Made by a program: the position numbers and the translations under genes. A stretch of 37,320 nt of DNA from Fibrobacteria bacterium (GTDB lineage Bacteria; Fibrobacterota; Fibrobacteria; UBA11236): the NCBI GenBank assembly GCA_041746255.1, contig JBGTHM010000095.1, positions 1-37,320 of the forward strand. Direction: 5' to 3'. Of this stretch, positions 1 to 9,958 are shown piece by piece (position 1 is the first letter of the stretch; each line of letters begins with the position of its first letter). Below the pieces are notes generated by a model, which did not search any database, was not told the origin of the DNA, and saw only the letters and a list, made by a program, of their open reading frames with translations.

Positions 1-1
1 G

Positions 2-1795
2 GTGCTGGACGGGGCCATCCTGGTGCTTTGCGGCGTTTCGGGCGTCCAGTCCCAGTCCATTACGGTGGATCGGCAAATGCGCCGCTATAACGTGCCTCGC
101 CTCGCCTTCATCAATAAACTCGATCGTTCGGGAGCCAACCCCTTTCGCGTCATCGATCAATTGCGCGAAAAATTGAGCCACAATGCCGTGGCCATGCAGA
201 TTCCCATCGGCGCCGAAGACAAGCTCCAAGGCGTGGTCGATTTGATGACCATGAAGGCCTACACTTTTTCCGGCGATAACGGCGAAATCATCACCGAAGT
301 GCCGATTCCCGAAGATTTGATGTCCCTCGCAAAAGAGCGCCGTATCATGCTGCTTGACGCGCTTTCCGTGCATTCGGACGAATTGACCGAGCTCATCCTG
401 GATGAAAAAGACATCCCTCTCACCTTGCTCAAAGACGTGGTCCGCGAAGTCACCTTGAAAATGGAAATCACTCCGGTTTTCATGGGATCGGCTTTCAAAA
501 ACAAAGGCGTCCAGCTCCTGTTGAATGCCATTACCGACTATCTTCCCAGCCCATACGACGTGGCCAACTGGGCGCTCGACATCGATAAAGACGAGGAAAG
601 GCTGCAGCTTTCGCCCGACCCGGCCAAGCCTTTCGTAGGTTATGCCTTTAAACTGGAAGAAGGCCGTTTCGGTCAGTTGACCTACTTACGCGTATATCAG
701 GGAAAAGTGGACAAGGGCAAGCCCATTTTCAATATGTCCACCAAGAAAAAACACAACGTCGGCCGATTGGTGCGCATGCACGCCAACGAAATGACGGATA
801 TCACCAGTGCGGAAGCCGGCGATATCGTAGCTCTTTTCGGAATCGATTGCGCCACGGGCACCACCTTCACCGATGGTACCATGTCGGTTAACATGACTTC
901 GATGCACGTTCCCAGCCCGGTTATCGATATCGTAATCGAGGCCAAGAACCGCGATCACCTGGCCAATCTCTCCAAAGCGCTTAACCGTTTTACCAAGGAA
1001 GACCCCACTTTCCGCGTCAAACTCGATGAGGAAAGCGGCCAAACGGTCATCTCCGGAATGGGCGAATTGCACCTCGACGTCTATATCGAGCGCATGCGGC
1101 GTGAATACGGAGTTGAGCTCACCACCGGTCGCCCCCAGGTGGCCTATCGTGAGACGATTACCCAAAAGGCCAATTTCAACTTCACCCATAAGAAACAAAC
1201 CGGCGGTTCGGGTCAATATGCCCGCGTGGCGGGTTTCATCGAGCCGAACACCGAAGGAAACTACGAATTCATAGATGCTATCGTCGGCGGCGTGATTCCC
1301 CGTGAATTCATTCCCTCTTGCGATAAGGGTTTCCAGGCCTGCTTGCCGAATGGCGCATTGATCGGATTTCCCATCATCAACGTCAAGGCCACCATTAACG
1401 ATGGTCAAACCCATCCGGTCGATTCGAGTGACATCGCTTTCCAATTGGCTTCCCGCGGCGGTTTCCGCGAAGCCTATAACAAGGCGGGTCCTCAGATTCT
1501 CGAGCCCATCATGAAGCTCGAAGTTTCTACGCCAACCGAATTCCACGGCACGGTGTTGGGTCAAATCAACCAGAAGCGCGGCATGATTACCGGCTCGAGC
1601 GAAGAGCATGCCTTCACCATCATCACCGCCGAGGTTCCCCTGTCGGAGATGTTCGGATACGCGACGGAGTTGCGTTCGCTGACCCAGGGAAAAGCCGAAT
1701 TCTCCATGGAATTCGAGAAGTATTCCCCGGTGCCCAAATCGGTTTCCGAAGAGCTCATCAAGAAGTTCGGGGCCAACAAGCGCGCCGAGTCCTGA
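2..1795 (+). CDS. fusA: Elongation factor G (5'-truncated by the window edge), spdEFG1/mtEFG1-like subtype
   Basis: G4 motif [66 protein letters not shown]. Confidence 0.97.
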   Translation: MLDGAILVLCGVSGVQSQSITVDRQMRRYNVPRLAFINKLDRSGANPFRVIDQLREKLSHNAVAMQIPIGAEDKLQGVVDLMTMKAYTFSGDNGEIITEVPIPEDLMSLAKERRIMLLDALSVHSDELTELILDEKDIPLTLLKDVVREVTLKMEITPVFMGSAFKNKGVQLLLNAITDYLPSPYDVANWALDIDKDEERLQLSPDPAKPFVGYAFKLEEGRFGQLTYLRVYQGKVDKGKPIFNMSTKKKHNVGRLVRMHANEMTDITSAEAGDIVALFGIDCATGTTFTDGTMSVNMTSMHVPSPVIDIVIEAKNRDHLANLSKALNRFTKEDPTFRVKLDEESGQTVISGMGELHLDVYIERMRREYGVELTTGRPQVAYRETITQKANFNFTHKKQTGGSGQYARVAGFIEPNTEGNYEFIDAIVGGVIPREFIPSCDKGFQACLPNGALIGFPIINVKATINDGQTHPVDSSDIAFQLASRGGFREAYNKAGPQILEPIMKLEVSTPTEFHGTVLGQINQKRGMITGSSEEHAFTIITAEVPLSEMFGYATELRSLTQGKAEFSMEFEKYSPVPKSVSEELIKKFGANKRAES

Positions 1796-1831
1796 TCCCC
1801 CTACCTAAGGGGATTCATCGACAAAACCTTG

Positions 1832-1859
1832 AAACGACTCCTAACGGGGTCGTTTTTTT
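1832..1859 (+). terminator. Rho-independent terminator after fusA
   Basis: AAACGACTCC-TAAC-GGGGTCGTTT hairpin followed by a T run. Confidence 0.85.
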
Positions 1860-1958
1860 ATGGATTTTTCTCCGCCCGTGTAGGCTTCGGGCCAATTGCT
1901 TGGGGTTAGAGCGCTTTTTCATAAACCGATTTTCGAATATTTGCCTATCATTAGACAC

Positions 1959-3002
1959 ATGACAACCCATTACAGCCTTCCAATTCTGATGCTGGCGGTG
2001 GTTTATCCAATCCTCTCGGCGCCGACCCGTATTATCGATACGCATATCCATATCTTCGACCCCTCGCGTCCGGGAGGAGTTCCCTTTCCAGCCAAGGGAT
2101 CGCCCCTTTACAAAACCACCCTTCCAGAGCATTTCGATGCCGTAGCCAAGCCGGCAGGAGTCACCGGTACGGTGGTGGTGGAGGCCAGTGGAATCCTGGA
2201 AGATAATCAATGGGTCTTGGACCGGATACGCGACTTACCCCATTACCCCGGGATGGTGGGAGCTCTGGACCCTGGTAAGTCGGGGTTCTCAACGCATTTA
2301 CAGCGTTTTTCCGCTGATCCCAAATTTCTGGGAATCCGCGTCAGGGCGAACGGCATGCAGCCTACCCACCGGACGGCGGCTTTCTACCGGGATTTGCGGG
2401 AACTGGCGGAGAAGGGCCTCATTCTGGATTTACAGCTGACCAGCATGGAAAGCCTGGCGCGCGATGCGGCAGCGATAACGAAGGAAGTGCCGGAAATACC
2501 CATTATGTTGAATCACTTGGCGCATGGCCCCGTTGACGGCAAGACTCCCAATTCGGAATGGACACAAGCTGTGAAAGCGATAGCCGAAAATCCCCGGGTA
2601 TACTGTAAAGTTTCCGCCCTGGTGAATCTATCGGCTAAGAAACCCGCACCGACCGAAACATCCTATTATGCACCGGTGCTGGATGTGCTCTGGGAGGCGT
2701 TCGGTTCGGAACGACTGGTATATGGCAGTAACTGGCCGGTTTCCGATCTCGGTGGAACTTTTGCCAATCAGCAGGAAGTGGTGATTGCTTATTTTCGGGC
2801 CAAGGGCGATTCCGTTCTGGAGAATGTGATGTGGCGGAACGCTGAAAAATTTTATTTGAAGCAATTACCTACCGCGATTTCATTGAAGCCGGTTTTTCGT
2901 TCCGACGGCGCCGCTCAGATGCCCCGATTGGTACCCGCCGATCTTCTCGGTCGCAGATACTCCGAATTGAGGTCCAACCGCTGGGTAACGTATCGAAATT
3001 GA
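1959..3002 (+). CDS. Secreted amidohydrolase family protein (Amidohydro_2, sugar-lactonase-like) with a short C-terminal tail
   Basis: Signal-like N-terminus from ATG 1959; IIDTHIH metal motif, LNHLA, YCKVSA, FGSERLVYGSNWP, NAEKFY; tail ending DLLGRR. Confidence 0.85.
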   Translation: MTTHYSLPILMLAVVYPILSAPTRIIDTHIHIFDPSRPGGVPFPAKGSPLYKTTLPEHFDAVAKPAGVTGTVVVEASGILEDNQWVLDRIRDLPHYPGMVGALDPGKSGFSTHLQRFSADPKFLGIRVRANGMQPTHRTAAFYRDLRELAEKGLILDLQLTSMESLARDAAAITKEVPEIPIMLNHLAHGPVDGKTPNSEWTQAVKAIAENPRVYCKVSALVNLSAKKPAPTETSYYAPVLDVLWEAFGSERLVYGSNWPVSDLGGTFANQQEVVIAYFRAKGDSVLENVMWRNAEKFYLKQLPTAISLKPVFRSDGAAQMPRLVPADLLGRRYSELRSNRWVTYRN

Positions 3003-3128
3003 TACGGGGCATTCCCAAATTTGGGACGGGGATGTTGAAATACGACCTGGAACAACGCGCTTCGACGCCTGAATAGCCTACCCGATTGGCATGCCAATTG
3101 ATTACCCATCCGTTATGGGGGGTAACCG

Positions 3129-3965
3129 ATGGTCAGAATGCTTTTACCGGTTTTGCTGGGATGGAATTTCGGGTGGGGACAAGGGCCGTTTAGCCGCTTG
3201 ACCCGGGATTTTGAAGTTTTGATGCGTACCCATGGCGAAGTCACTTTCGCGCCCTATGTTCACGGTGATTACCGGCGCTTCAATCCCGAGCCCGGCTATC
3301 GCTCCGATTTTCAGGCCTATGTAGACTTCTTTGCTTATAAAGGTTTCGTCTCGACCTGGCTAATCGCCAATTCCACCCTGATGGAAAGGAACCAACAGGC
3401 TTCGCTGGCGTTGGATAAAATCCGATACACCCTTACGCCCGGCTACCGTTATGAGCTGAAGAATTTTCTGCTAAACGGACGGCTTCTACATGAATGCATC
3501 CACACCATCAGCAAGCCGGAAGAGCAAGGATCGATATGGTGGAACTCTTTTCAGTTCGGTTTCGGAAGCAAGGCGGCTTACCCTCAGTATTTTCTGAAAA
3601 CATTTAAATCGCGGCGCTCCGGTATAATTCCAACCTTCGATTTCAACATCAACATCGGTGCGTTTTTACACGGAGATCAATCGGTATGGATCGGGCAGAA
3701 TCATGATTACCGCTACGAAACCTTTTACATGATACGCAGCCATTTGGCGAAGTACGGAAATTGGGGGATGTACGCAGACTGGAACCATCATTCCTGGTTA
3801 GACAAAAATTACGGGGTGGAGCATAAGCTATCGATTTCCCTGAACATACTTTTGGCGGGTAGGCTGAATTTCGCTTCGGTATACTATGAGTATTTTCCTT
3901 ACGATTCCTTTTCCAAGGACAATCAGAATCGGTTGGGGGCGGCGGGATTCAAAATCGTGTTTTGA
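3129..3965 (+). CDS. Hypothetical protein, probable outer-membrane beta-barrel
   Basis: 278-aa ORF with a signal-like start, aromatic-rich alternating strands and C-terminal GFKIVF. Confidence 0.6.
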   Translation: MVRMLLPVLLGWNFGWGQGPFSRLTRDFEVLMRTHGEVTFAPYVHGDYRRFNPEPGYRSDFQAYVDFFAYKGFVSTWLIANSTLMERNQQASLALDKIRYTLTPGYRYELKNFLLNGRLLHECIHTISKPEEQGSIWWNSFQFGFGSKAAYPQYFLKTFKSRRSGIIPTFDFNINIGAFLHGDQSVWIGQNHDYRYETFYMIRSHLAKYGNWGMYADWNHHSWLDKNYGVEHKLSISLNILLAGRLNFASVYYEYFPYDSFSKDNQNRLGAAGFKIVF

Positions 3966-4286
3966 ATGTTGAAGGTAGATGAAGCTACCGTAAAAATTAT
4001 CTGATAGACTCCCAGTACATTTCCTAAATCGGGCCATCATCCTCTTCGTTAGGCCACCTTTGGAACATCAAAAAATCTGATCTTTACAGTTTCCTTTGAT
4101 ACGCGCTTTTTCGTGCAAAATTGCCCTGATCTCCTAATTGGGCAGCAGTCCACTGCCCAATTGCCATAGCACCATATTCTCGTCCTCGATCAGCGCCGCA
4201 ACAAAACCCGCCTTCACCTGCAAGGCCTCAAATTGTAATTAAACACCGAATTTAGTCAAAAAAAAGGCTTTATAACATATTTATTG

Positions 4287-4313
4287 AACGATAACATATA
4301 TTATGTTATCGTT
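4287..4313. promoter_or_regulatory. Perfect 12-bp inverted repeat, putative autoregulatory operator
   Basis: AACGATAACATA-TAT-TATGTTATCGTT just upstream of ORF 4322; additional half-site ATAACATAT at 4272-4280. Confidence 0.7.
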
Positions 4314-4321
4314 TCAAAACA

Positions 4322-5326
4322 ATGTTAATTAGTAGGACTAAAGCCCATCGTCTCGTGCAGCAATTCGAGGCCTACCTCCAAGAGGTACTCGGTGTTTCAC
4401 TCAAGGTGAAGAAATGGAGTGGAGATGTGCGTCTTCCGGCGTACTTGCGTGACCAGTACGCTTTTTATCAGACTAAAATCCTGGAGGATGAAGCCGTACT
4501 CATGCTTGTGAAAGGAGAGACGGAACCGAGCCCGGTTGCTTTGGCCAAGCATATGTTAAAGGTCAGGGAAAAATGGGAGCATGATGTGATTTTTCTGAAC
4601 GAGGCTGCATCCAGGGTGGATCGAAAGCGGATGATGGAACGAAAAATCCCGTTTGTCATTCCCGGAAACCAGATGTACCTGCCCATATTGGGTATGGATC
4701 TCCGCGAGCATTTCAAAAAAATCCATACGCACCGCGAGGGGTTCAGTCCATCCACCCAGGTACTGGTACTGGATGCCATTTATCGACGGAAGGAAAATTC
4801 CTATACCCCCACGGAATCGGCCAAGCGGTTTGGGTATTCCATCATGACCATGTCGCGGGCTTTTGATGAATTGGAGCAGGCCGGGATAGGCGAATATACA
4901 GTGCGGGGCAAGGAACGATGCCTCCAATTTCCGGAGATGGGTAAAAACCTATGGGAAGCGGCGCTGCCGCATTTGAAATCGCCTGTGAGGAAGATGCTAT
5001 ATGTTTTGGGATATGAAAATAAAGTCGACACAATCTTATCGGGTTTTAGTGCATTGGCCGTTTATACCGACCTTGCCGAGCCGGAAAACAGAATCCTAGC
5101 AATCGATCATGGCGATAGGAAATTAATATTGCAAAGTCCAAACTTGGAGGTTGTGAACCAGCCTGAGCCAGGAGCGGTGGAAATCGAACTTTGGTCCTAT
5201 CCACCGGCACTTTTCGCCCGGGATAATCTTGCCGACCGTTTATCACTCTTTTTGTCACTGGAGGCAAAAGGGGATGAGCGGATTGAAGCCGCCAAGGAGC
5301 AACTATTGGAGGAAATGAAGTGGTAA
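4322..5326 (+). CDS. HTH (MarR-like) regulator, putative AbiEi-like type IV antitoxin; start may be GTG ~4355
   Basis: IPFVIPGNQMYLP, HTH-like PTESAKRFGYSIMTMSRAFDEL, SGFSALAVYTDL, DRLSLFLSL, DERIE; stop overlaps the next gene. Confidence 0.7.
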   Translation: MLISRTKAHRLVQQFEAYLQEVLGVSLKVKKWSGDVRLPAYLRDQYAFYQTKILEDEAVLMLVKGETEPSPVALAKHMLKVREKWEHDVIFLNEAASRVDRKRMMERKIPFVIPGNQMYLPILGMDLREHFKKIHTHREGFSPSTQVLVLDAIYRRKENSYTPTESAKRFGYSIMTMSRAFDELEQAGIGEYTVRGKERCLQFPEMGKNLWEAALPHLKSPVRKMLYVLGYENKVDTILSGFSALAVYTDLAEPENRILAIDHGDRKLILQSPNLEVVNQPEPGAVEIELWSYPPALFARDNLADRLSLFLSLEAKGDERIEAAKEQLLEEMKW

Positions 5327-6078
5327 AGGGACTGGGCCAATTCAAGGAGCATTTCCAGGAGCATACCGATCAATATGTGCTGATTGGTGGAACTGCTTGC
5401 GATCTGGTCATGACGGATGCCGGTCTGGATTTCCGGGCAACCAAAGACCTGGATATCGTCCTCCTCCTCGAGAGCCTGTCGCCCGCATTTGTCCGAGCGT
5501 TCTGGGAATTCATACGGCTGGGAAATTATGAAAACAGGGAAAAGGCATCCGGAGGGAAACAATATTATCGCTTCACAAAGCCAACGAATCCGGAATTCCC
5601 TATCATGCTGGAACTCTTTTCCAGAGTCCCCGATGCGCTCGAGCTGACAGAAGGAACTGCGCTTACGCCCATCCCCATGGGAGAAGAAGCAAGCAGCTTA
5701 TCGGCGATACTCCTGGACGAAGCCTATTATGGATTTCTGCAATCCGGCAAAAAGCAATTGGAAGGCCTTTCCACCATCGGGGCGGAACACTTGATGAGTC
5801 TCAAAGCCAAGGCCTGGATGGATCTAGCGGAACGTAGAGACCAGGGTGAAAGCATTGACCGGAGAAATATCCTCAAACACAAAAACGACTTTTTCAGGTT
5901 GTACCGAATTGCGGATCCGGATTTTGCCGTGGCCATTCCGGAGGCAATCCAAGCGGATATGGAGCGCTTCCTGGTAAAAATGGAAACCGAGAATATTGAT
6001 CTAAAAAGCCTCGGAATGAGAGGATTGCAACTGGATTTCGTACTAAATGACGTTCGCAGAATATTCAGAATTAAGTGA
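5320..6078 (+). CDS. Nucleotidyltransferase-fold protein, putative AbiEii-like toxin
   Basis: YVLIGGTAC...RATKDLDIV pol-beta NTase motif, LKAKAW, KHKND; translationally coupled to the upstream regulator. Confidence 0.72.
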   Translation: MVKGLGQFKEHFQEHTDQYVLIGGTACDLVMTDAGLDFRATKDLDIVLLLESLSPAFVRAFWEFIRLGNYENREKASGGKQYYRFTKPTNPEFPIMLELFSRVPDALELTEGTALTPIPMGEEASSLSAILLDEAYYGFLQSGKKQLEGLSTIGAEHLMSLKAKAWMDLAERRDQGESIDRRNILKHKNDFFRLYRIADPDFAVAIPEAIQADMERFLVKMETENIDLKSLGMRGLQLDFVLNDVRRIFRIK

Positions 6079-6168
6079 CGTTTTGTAAATAATCGAGGAT
6101 TAAGCCCATAAATACAGTCGGCCAAATCATGAGAAAGCCCCAGGACCGCGTGATCGGTTGAAAAACGC

Positions 6169-7356
6169 CTACCGCTTCGAAGCCCCCTTCAAAAACCACT
6201 CATTGATATCCATCCCCGGCGGAGGAGCCAGCCTTCGCGCCTCCACGCCTGCCTGGGACAGCACCGCAAGCACCCGCTCCGCCCCCTTTTCCCCGGGCTC
6301 GTCCGAATCGAAAACCACATGTACCGTCTTGCCTTTGAACAAAGAGGCCCACTGCGGTTTGAAATTCTGCGCGCCCGGCACCGCCGCCGCGGGAAAGCCC
6401 TGTTCCAGCAAAGTAAGCGAATCGATAACCCCTTCACATAAATAAATGTGGCCCGGCACGCAGTCGAGAATGCGCACATTGTAGGGTAGGGGAATAGGGC
6501 CCTTCAACGAAAGCTCTTTGGGCACCATGTCTTCCAAGGCCCTGGCCTGCAAGTACACCGGTTTACCCGTAAAATCATAATAGGGAAAGATAAGGGTGTG
6601 GCGGTAAAAACGAAGATGCTCCTGCTTACTGAAAAAGCCGGCGTCTTCCAACTCGGGAACGGGAAACAGAGCACGCAAGCGTCTATCCGTTTCGGAATAA
6701 TTTTTGATCTGCAGGATTTTTTGGGCGTCCCAGGTCTTTTTGAAGATACGTCGTTTTTTCAAATAGGCCGCGGCTTTGCCGTCCACGGGTTCCAACAATT
6801 GCAGGAAGCGGGCCAGGATTTCCAGTTTGCGCGCTTCCGAAACCGAAGCGGTTGCCGATGCCGAAGACGCCTGCGGAGACGAGGGGGTTCCCGTGAGAAA
6901 CCCTTTTTCGAAAAGTCCGGTTTGGCGGGCGTCCGGTTGTGAAGGCGATGATTTTTCGGGAGGGTGTGTGCGAGAACCGCTCGGGGGCTGCCCCGCGGGA
7001 TGCGGAGGAACAGGTCGGGCCTTGGGATCCGCATGGGATCCCGGCGCACGGTTTTCCAGGTATCTAACCGCCTCGCGGAACGAAAACCCTTTCGTCTGTT
7101 TGAGCAAATCGATAACGTCGCCCTTAAAATCCGGGCACACCCAGCATTTGAAAAATCCCCGGTCCGGCCATATCGATACCGAAGGGGTGCGGTCGCCGTG
7201 CTTATGGTTCTGGGGGTTGAGGCAGTTGAACCGGTTGTTCACAACGGAAATCCCCAGTTCCGCCAGCACATCCGGTAGCGGATTGGCCGCTTTGAGGGCC
7301 TCCAAATCGCCGGTGCCGCCGGAGCTGCCGAAGTTGCCTGAGGAAAAGAGGGCCAT
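6169..7356 (-). CDS. DnaG-like primase (CHC2 zinc finger + TOPRIM) with no DnaB-binding domain
   Basis: CLNPQNH..DRTPS...FKCWVC..GDVIDL zinc finger, YLKKRRI, LIFPY, LCEGVIDSL, VFDSDEPG; probable start ATG 7356. Confidence 0.8.
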   Translation of the reverse strand: MALFSSGNFGSSGGTGDLEALKAANPLPDVLAELGISVVNNRFNCLNPQNHKHGDRTPSVSIWPDRGFFKCWVCPDFKGDVIDLLKQTKGFSFREAVRYLENRAPGSHADPKARPVPPHPAGQPPSGSRTHPPEKSSPSQPDARQTGLFEKGFLTGTPSSPQASSASATASVSEARKLEILARFLQLLEPVDGKAAAYLKKRRIFKKTWDAQKILQIKNYSETDRRLRALFPVPELEDAGFFSKQEHLRFYRHTLIFPYYDFTGKPVYLQARALEDMVPKELSLKGPIPLPYNVRILDCVPGHIYLCEGVIDSLTLLEQGFPAAAVPGAQNFKPQWASLFKGKTVHVVFDSDEPGEKGAERVLAVLSQAGVEARRLAPPPGMDINEWFLKGASKR

Positions 7357-7461
7357 GTATGTTAAATTTGCAGAGGTTAACGGATGGGGTTTGGGCCTCC
7401 GGCTTCCCTTTCTTCTCAATGAGATTTTCAAAATAGAAATTGCGGAAACAGCATTCGAATC

Positions 7462-8349
7462 ATGGCCCTACGCATCCAGGAAAACGTACCCCTTGCTCCC
7501 CTGATTTCCTTCAAGGTGGGGGGAGCGGCTAGGTATTTATGCGAGCCGACTTCGGCGCAGGATTTCGCCGAGGCCCTGAGCTGGGCGGCGCGTGAAGGCC
7601 AGCAAACCTACATCTTGGGGCGGGGAACCAACCTGGTTTTTTCGGATCGCGGGTTTGATGGGCTTATCGTCCATAGCGGAAAGTCCTTCCAAGGTATTCG
7701 ATGGGACGGCAACCGGGTTACGGCCCAGGCCGGAGCCTTGCTGCATTCGGTCGTAGTGGATTCGGTTAAACGGGGCTATTCGGGAATCCAGAACCTGGCG
7801 GGAATTCCGGGCACCCTGGGCGGGGGAACCTATATCAATGCCGGTGCCTTCGGGCAGGAGTTATGCCAAGTCATCGTTAGCGTAAAATCGAGCACGTATT
7901 CCGGTGAAATCCGGGAACGCAGTAATGTCGAATGTGAATTCAGTTACCGACATTCCAAATTTTTTTCCTTGGGTGAGGTCATTCTGGAAACCACTCTGGA
8001 ATTGATTCCGGGGGAAACCGAGGTGTTGCAGGCGGAGATGCGTGAGACTTTGCTCAAGCGGAAATCGAAACAACCGTTGCAATTACCCAATGCTGGTAGC
8101 ATGTTTAAGCGTCCCCCGGGAAATTACGCCGGTACCCTGATTGAAGAGGCGGGTCTTAAGGGCATGCGCCGCGGCGGCGCGCAAGTATCGGAATTGCATG
8201 CGAACTTCATTGTAAACACCGGCGATGCCAAGGCTCAGGACATTTACGATCTCAGTTCCGAAATCATCGCCTTGGTAAGGGAAAAGTCGGGTGTCACCTT
8301 GGAGCGCGAAGTGATTTTCATCGGAGATTTCCTCCCCTGGCCGAGGTAA
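7462..8349 (+). CDS. murB: UDP-N-acetylenolpyruvoylglucosamine reductase
   Basis: FKVGGAA, LGRGTNLV, GIPGTLGG..INAGAFG, FSYRHS, PNAGSMFKRP, HANFIVN, LEREV. Confidence 0.97.
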   Translation: MALRIQENVPLAPLISFKVGGAARYLCEPTSAQDFAEALSWAAREGQQTYILGRGTNLVFSDRGFDGLIVHSGKSFQGIRWDGNRVTAQAGALLHSVVVDSVKRGYSGIQNLAGIPGTLGGGTYINAGAFGQELCQVIVSVKSSTYSGEIRERSNVECEFSYRHSKFFSLGEVILETTLELIPGETEVLQAEMRETLLKRKSKQPLQLPNAGSMFKRPPGNYAGTLIEEAGLKGMRRGGAQVSELHANFIVNTGDAKAQDIYDLSSEIIALVREKSGVTLEREVIFIGDFLPWPR

Positions 8350-9176
8350 CCGTAGTAATACCCACTTTCGATCGTGCGGAATTGTTGCCGCGCGCGGTGG
8401 AGTCGGTGCTCAGCCAGCAAAACGCCGATTTCGAACTTATCGTAGTGGATGACGGTTCGCGTGACCGTACCTGCGACTATTTAAAACCTTTGGAAGATGC
8501 CGGGCGATTGCGGGTATTACGCCAATCCCATCAAGGGGTGAGCGAGGCGCGTAACGCGGGAGTGGCTGCAGGGCGGGGAGAATTCATCGCTTTCCTGGAT
8601 TCCGACGACGAATGGCTTCCGGGAAAGTTAAGCGCGCAGGTTGAATTTCTGCGAGCGGGCGAATACGCGATAGTCCAAACCCGGGAAATTTGGATTCGCA
8701 AAGGCAAACGCGTGAACGCCCCTGTCCATCTGGAAAAAGTGTCCGGAAATATATTTTCCGCCTCCCTGAGAAATTGCATGATTACGCCTTCCTCCGTAAT
8801 GCTCGCCCGCAGATTATGGGAACAATCCGGCGGTTTCGATCCGGCCTTTCCCGCCTGCGAAGACTACGATCTCTGGTTGCGGATTTGCCGCAAGCATCCC
8901 GTAGGACTCATTCCCATGAACCTGATGGTCCGCCACGGCGGTCGCGCGGACCAGCTTTCGGCGCTTTACCCGGGCATGGACAAGTACCGGGTAATGGCTA
9001 TTGTGAAATTGTTGCGATCCGCCGCATTAAGTCTTTCCCAAAAGGCGGAAGCCATATCCGTAGCCCGGGAAAAACTTCGGATTTACCGGCTCGGCTGCGA
9101 AAAACGCGATCGGCTCGAAGAGATTGCATGGTGCGGGGAGATGGAGTCGGAGCTTTTAGGGCCATTTGGTAATTGA
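8337..9176 (+). CDS. Glycosyltransferase family 2 (probable CTG start at 8337; first canonical start TTG 8382)
   Basis: In-frame VTVVIPTFDRAELL, IVVDDGSRD, GVSEARNAG, FLDSDDEW, EDYDLWLR. Confidence 0.9.
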   Translation: MAEVTVVIPTFDRAELLPRAVESVLSQQNADFELIVVDDGSRDRTCDYLKPLEDAGRLRVLRQSHQGVSEARNAGVAAGRGEFIAFLDSDDEWLPGKLSAQVEFLRAGEYAIVQTREIWIRKGKRVNAPVHLEKVSGNIFSASLRNCMITPSSVMLARRLWEQSGGFDPAFPACEDYDLWLRICRKHPVGLIPMNLMVRHGGRADQLSALYPGMDKYRVMAIVKLLRSAALSLSQKAEAISVAREKLRIYRLGCEKRDRLEEIAWCGEMESELLGPFGN

Positions 9177-9289
9177 TTTAACCCAATAACTCCCGATTTC
9201 CACTCAGAAATCGTACTTGTGAGTTTTATTTGCAGGACGAATTACATGCTAATCTTAATCGGCTTGACGGGCCGTTGGGGATGGACTTC

Positions 9290-9726
9290 ATCCTGACCAG
9301 GGAAATCCCGTATTCCCGTGCGGGGGCCCATTGGGCCGCCCGACGTATACTCAGGTGCATTTTCTCCTGCAGCAAGTGCAGCCAATCGGGCCAATTGTCC
9401 GCCGATCCAATTCAGGGTTCATTGGATACTTCATAAAGGACATTCCTCCTGTTCTGGTATCGGGACGCGAGGTAGTTCCAGAATTCGCGAAGATCATCGG
9501 GGAGTTTGATGGTACGGGGCCCGCTCATGAGTTTGTTTCCATAACTCAGTATCAGGTACATGGAAAATTCACCTGTCCAGACTACCAGCGAGTCGATGAT
9601 GGGAGCGGCCTTTTTACGCGCTGCGGCTCCGACCGGCATGGATAGAAAGAGGAACAAAAGTGAAAAGCCCAATCCCGCCATCTTAACCATGATGTTACCT
9701 CCCGATGCAAACATGAAATGAATCAT
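9290..9726 (-). pseudogene. Degraded glycoside hydrolase family 5-like gene
   Basis: Signal peptide, then FWNYLASRYQNRRNVLYEVSNEP (GH5 acid/base NEP motif) immediately followed by a stop; most of the barrel is missing. Confidence 0.6.
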
Positions 9727-9958
9727 ATCCGTGGCATCTCACAAAGATTCGATGTGCCAAAGGGAATCCGTTCAGTGGGTTAGAGGTGTGGTGCTTTCGG
9801 CGTAAATGTGCCGATTTTTGGTGCGGTTCCGCTCTGCACGGATGCTCCAGATACCCAATCTTCACCAAAGAATCTTTTTCCGGTTGGCGCGCCAACGATA
9901 TGGAGGCTAAGCGTCCGAACCAGCCGGAATTTCCTCGCCGCCACGTTATCTTTGGACC

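Noticed and set aside
686..1609. 307-aa antisense ORF (also long antisense ORFs at 16080, 23530, 25679, 26791, 28206, 30074)
   Set aside because: Shadows of well-supported genes on the opposite strand; no motifs
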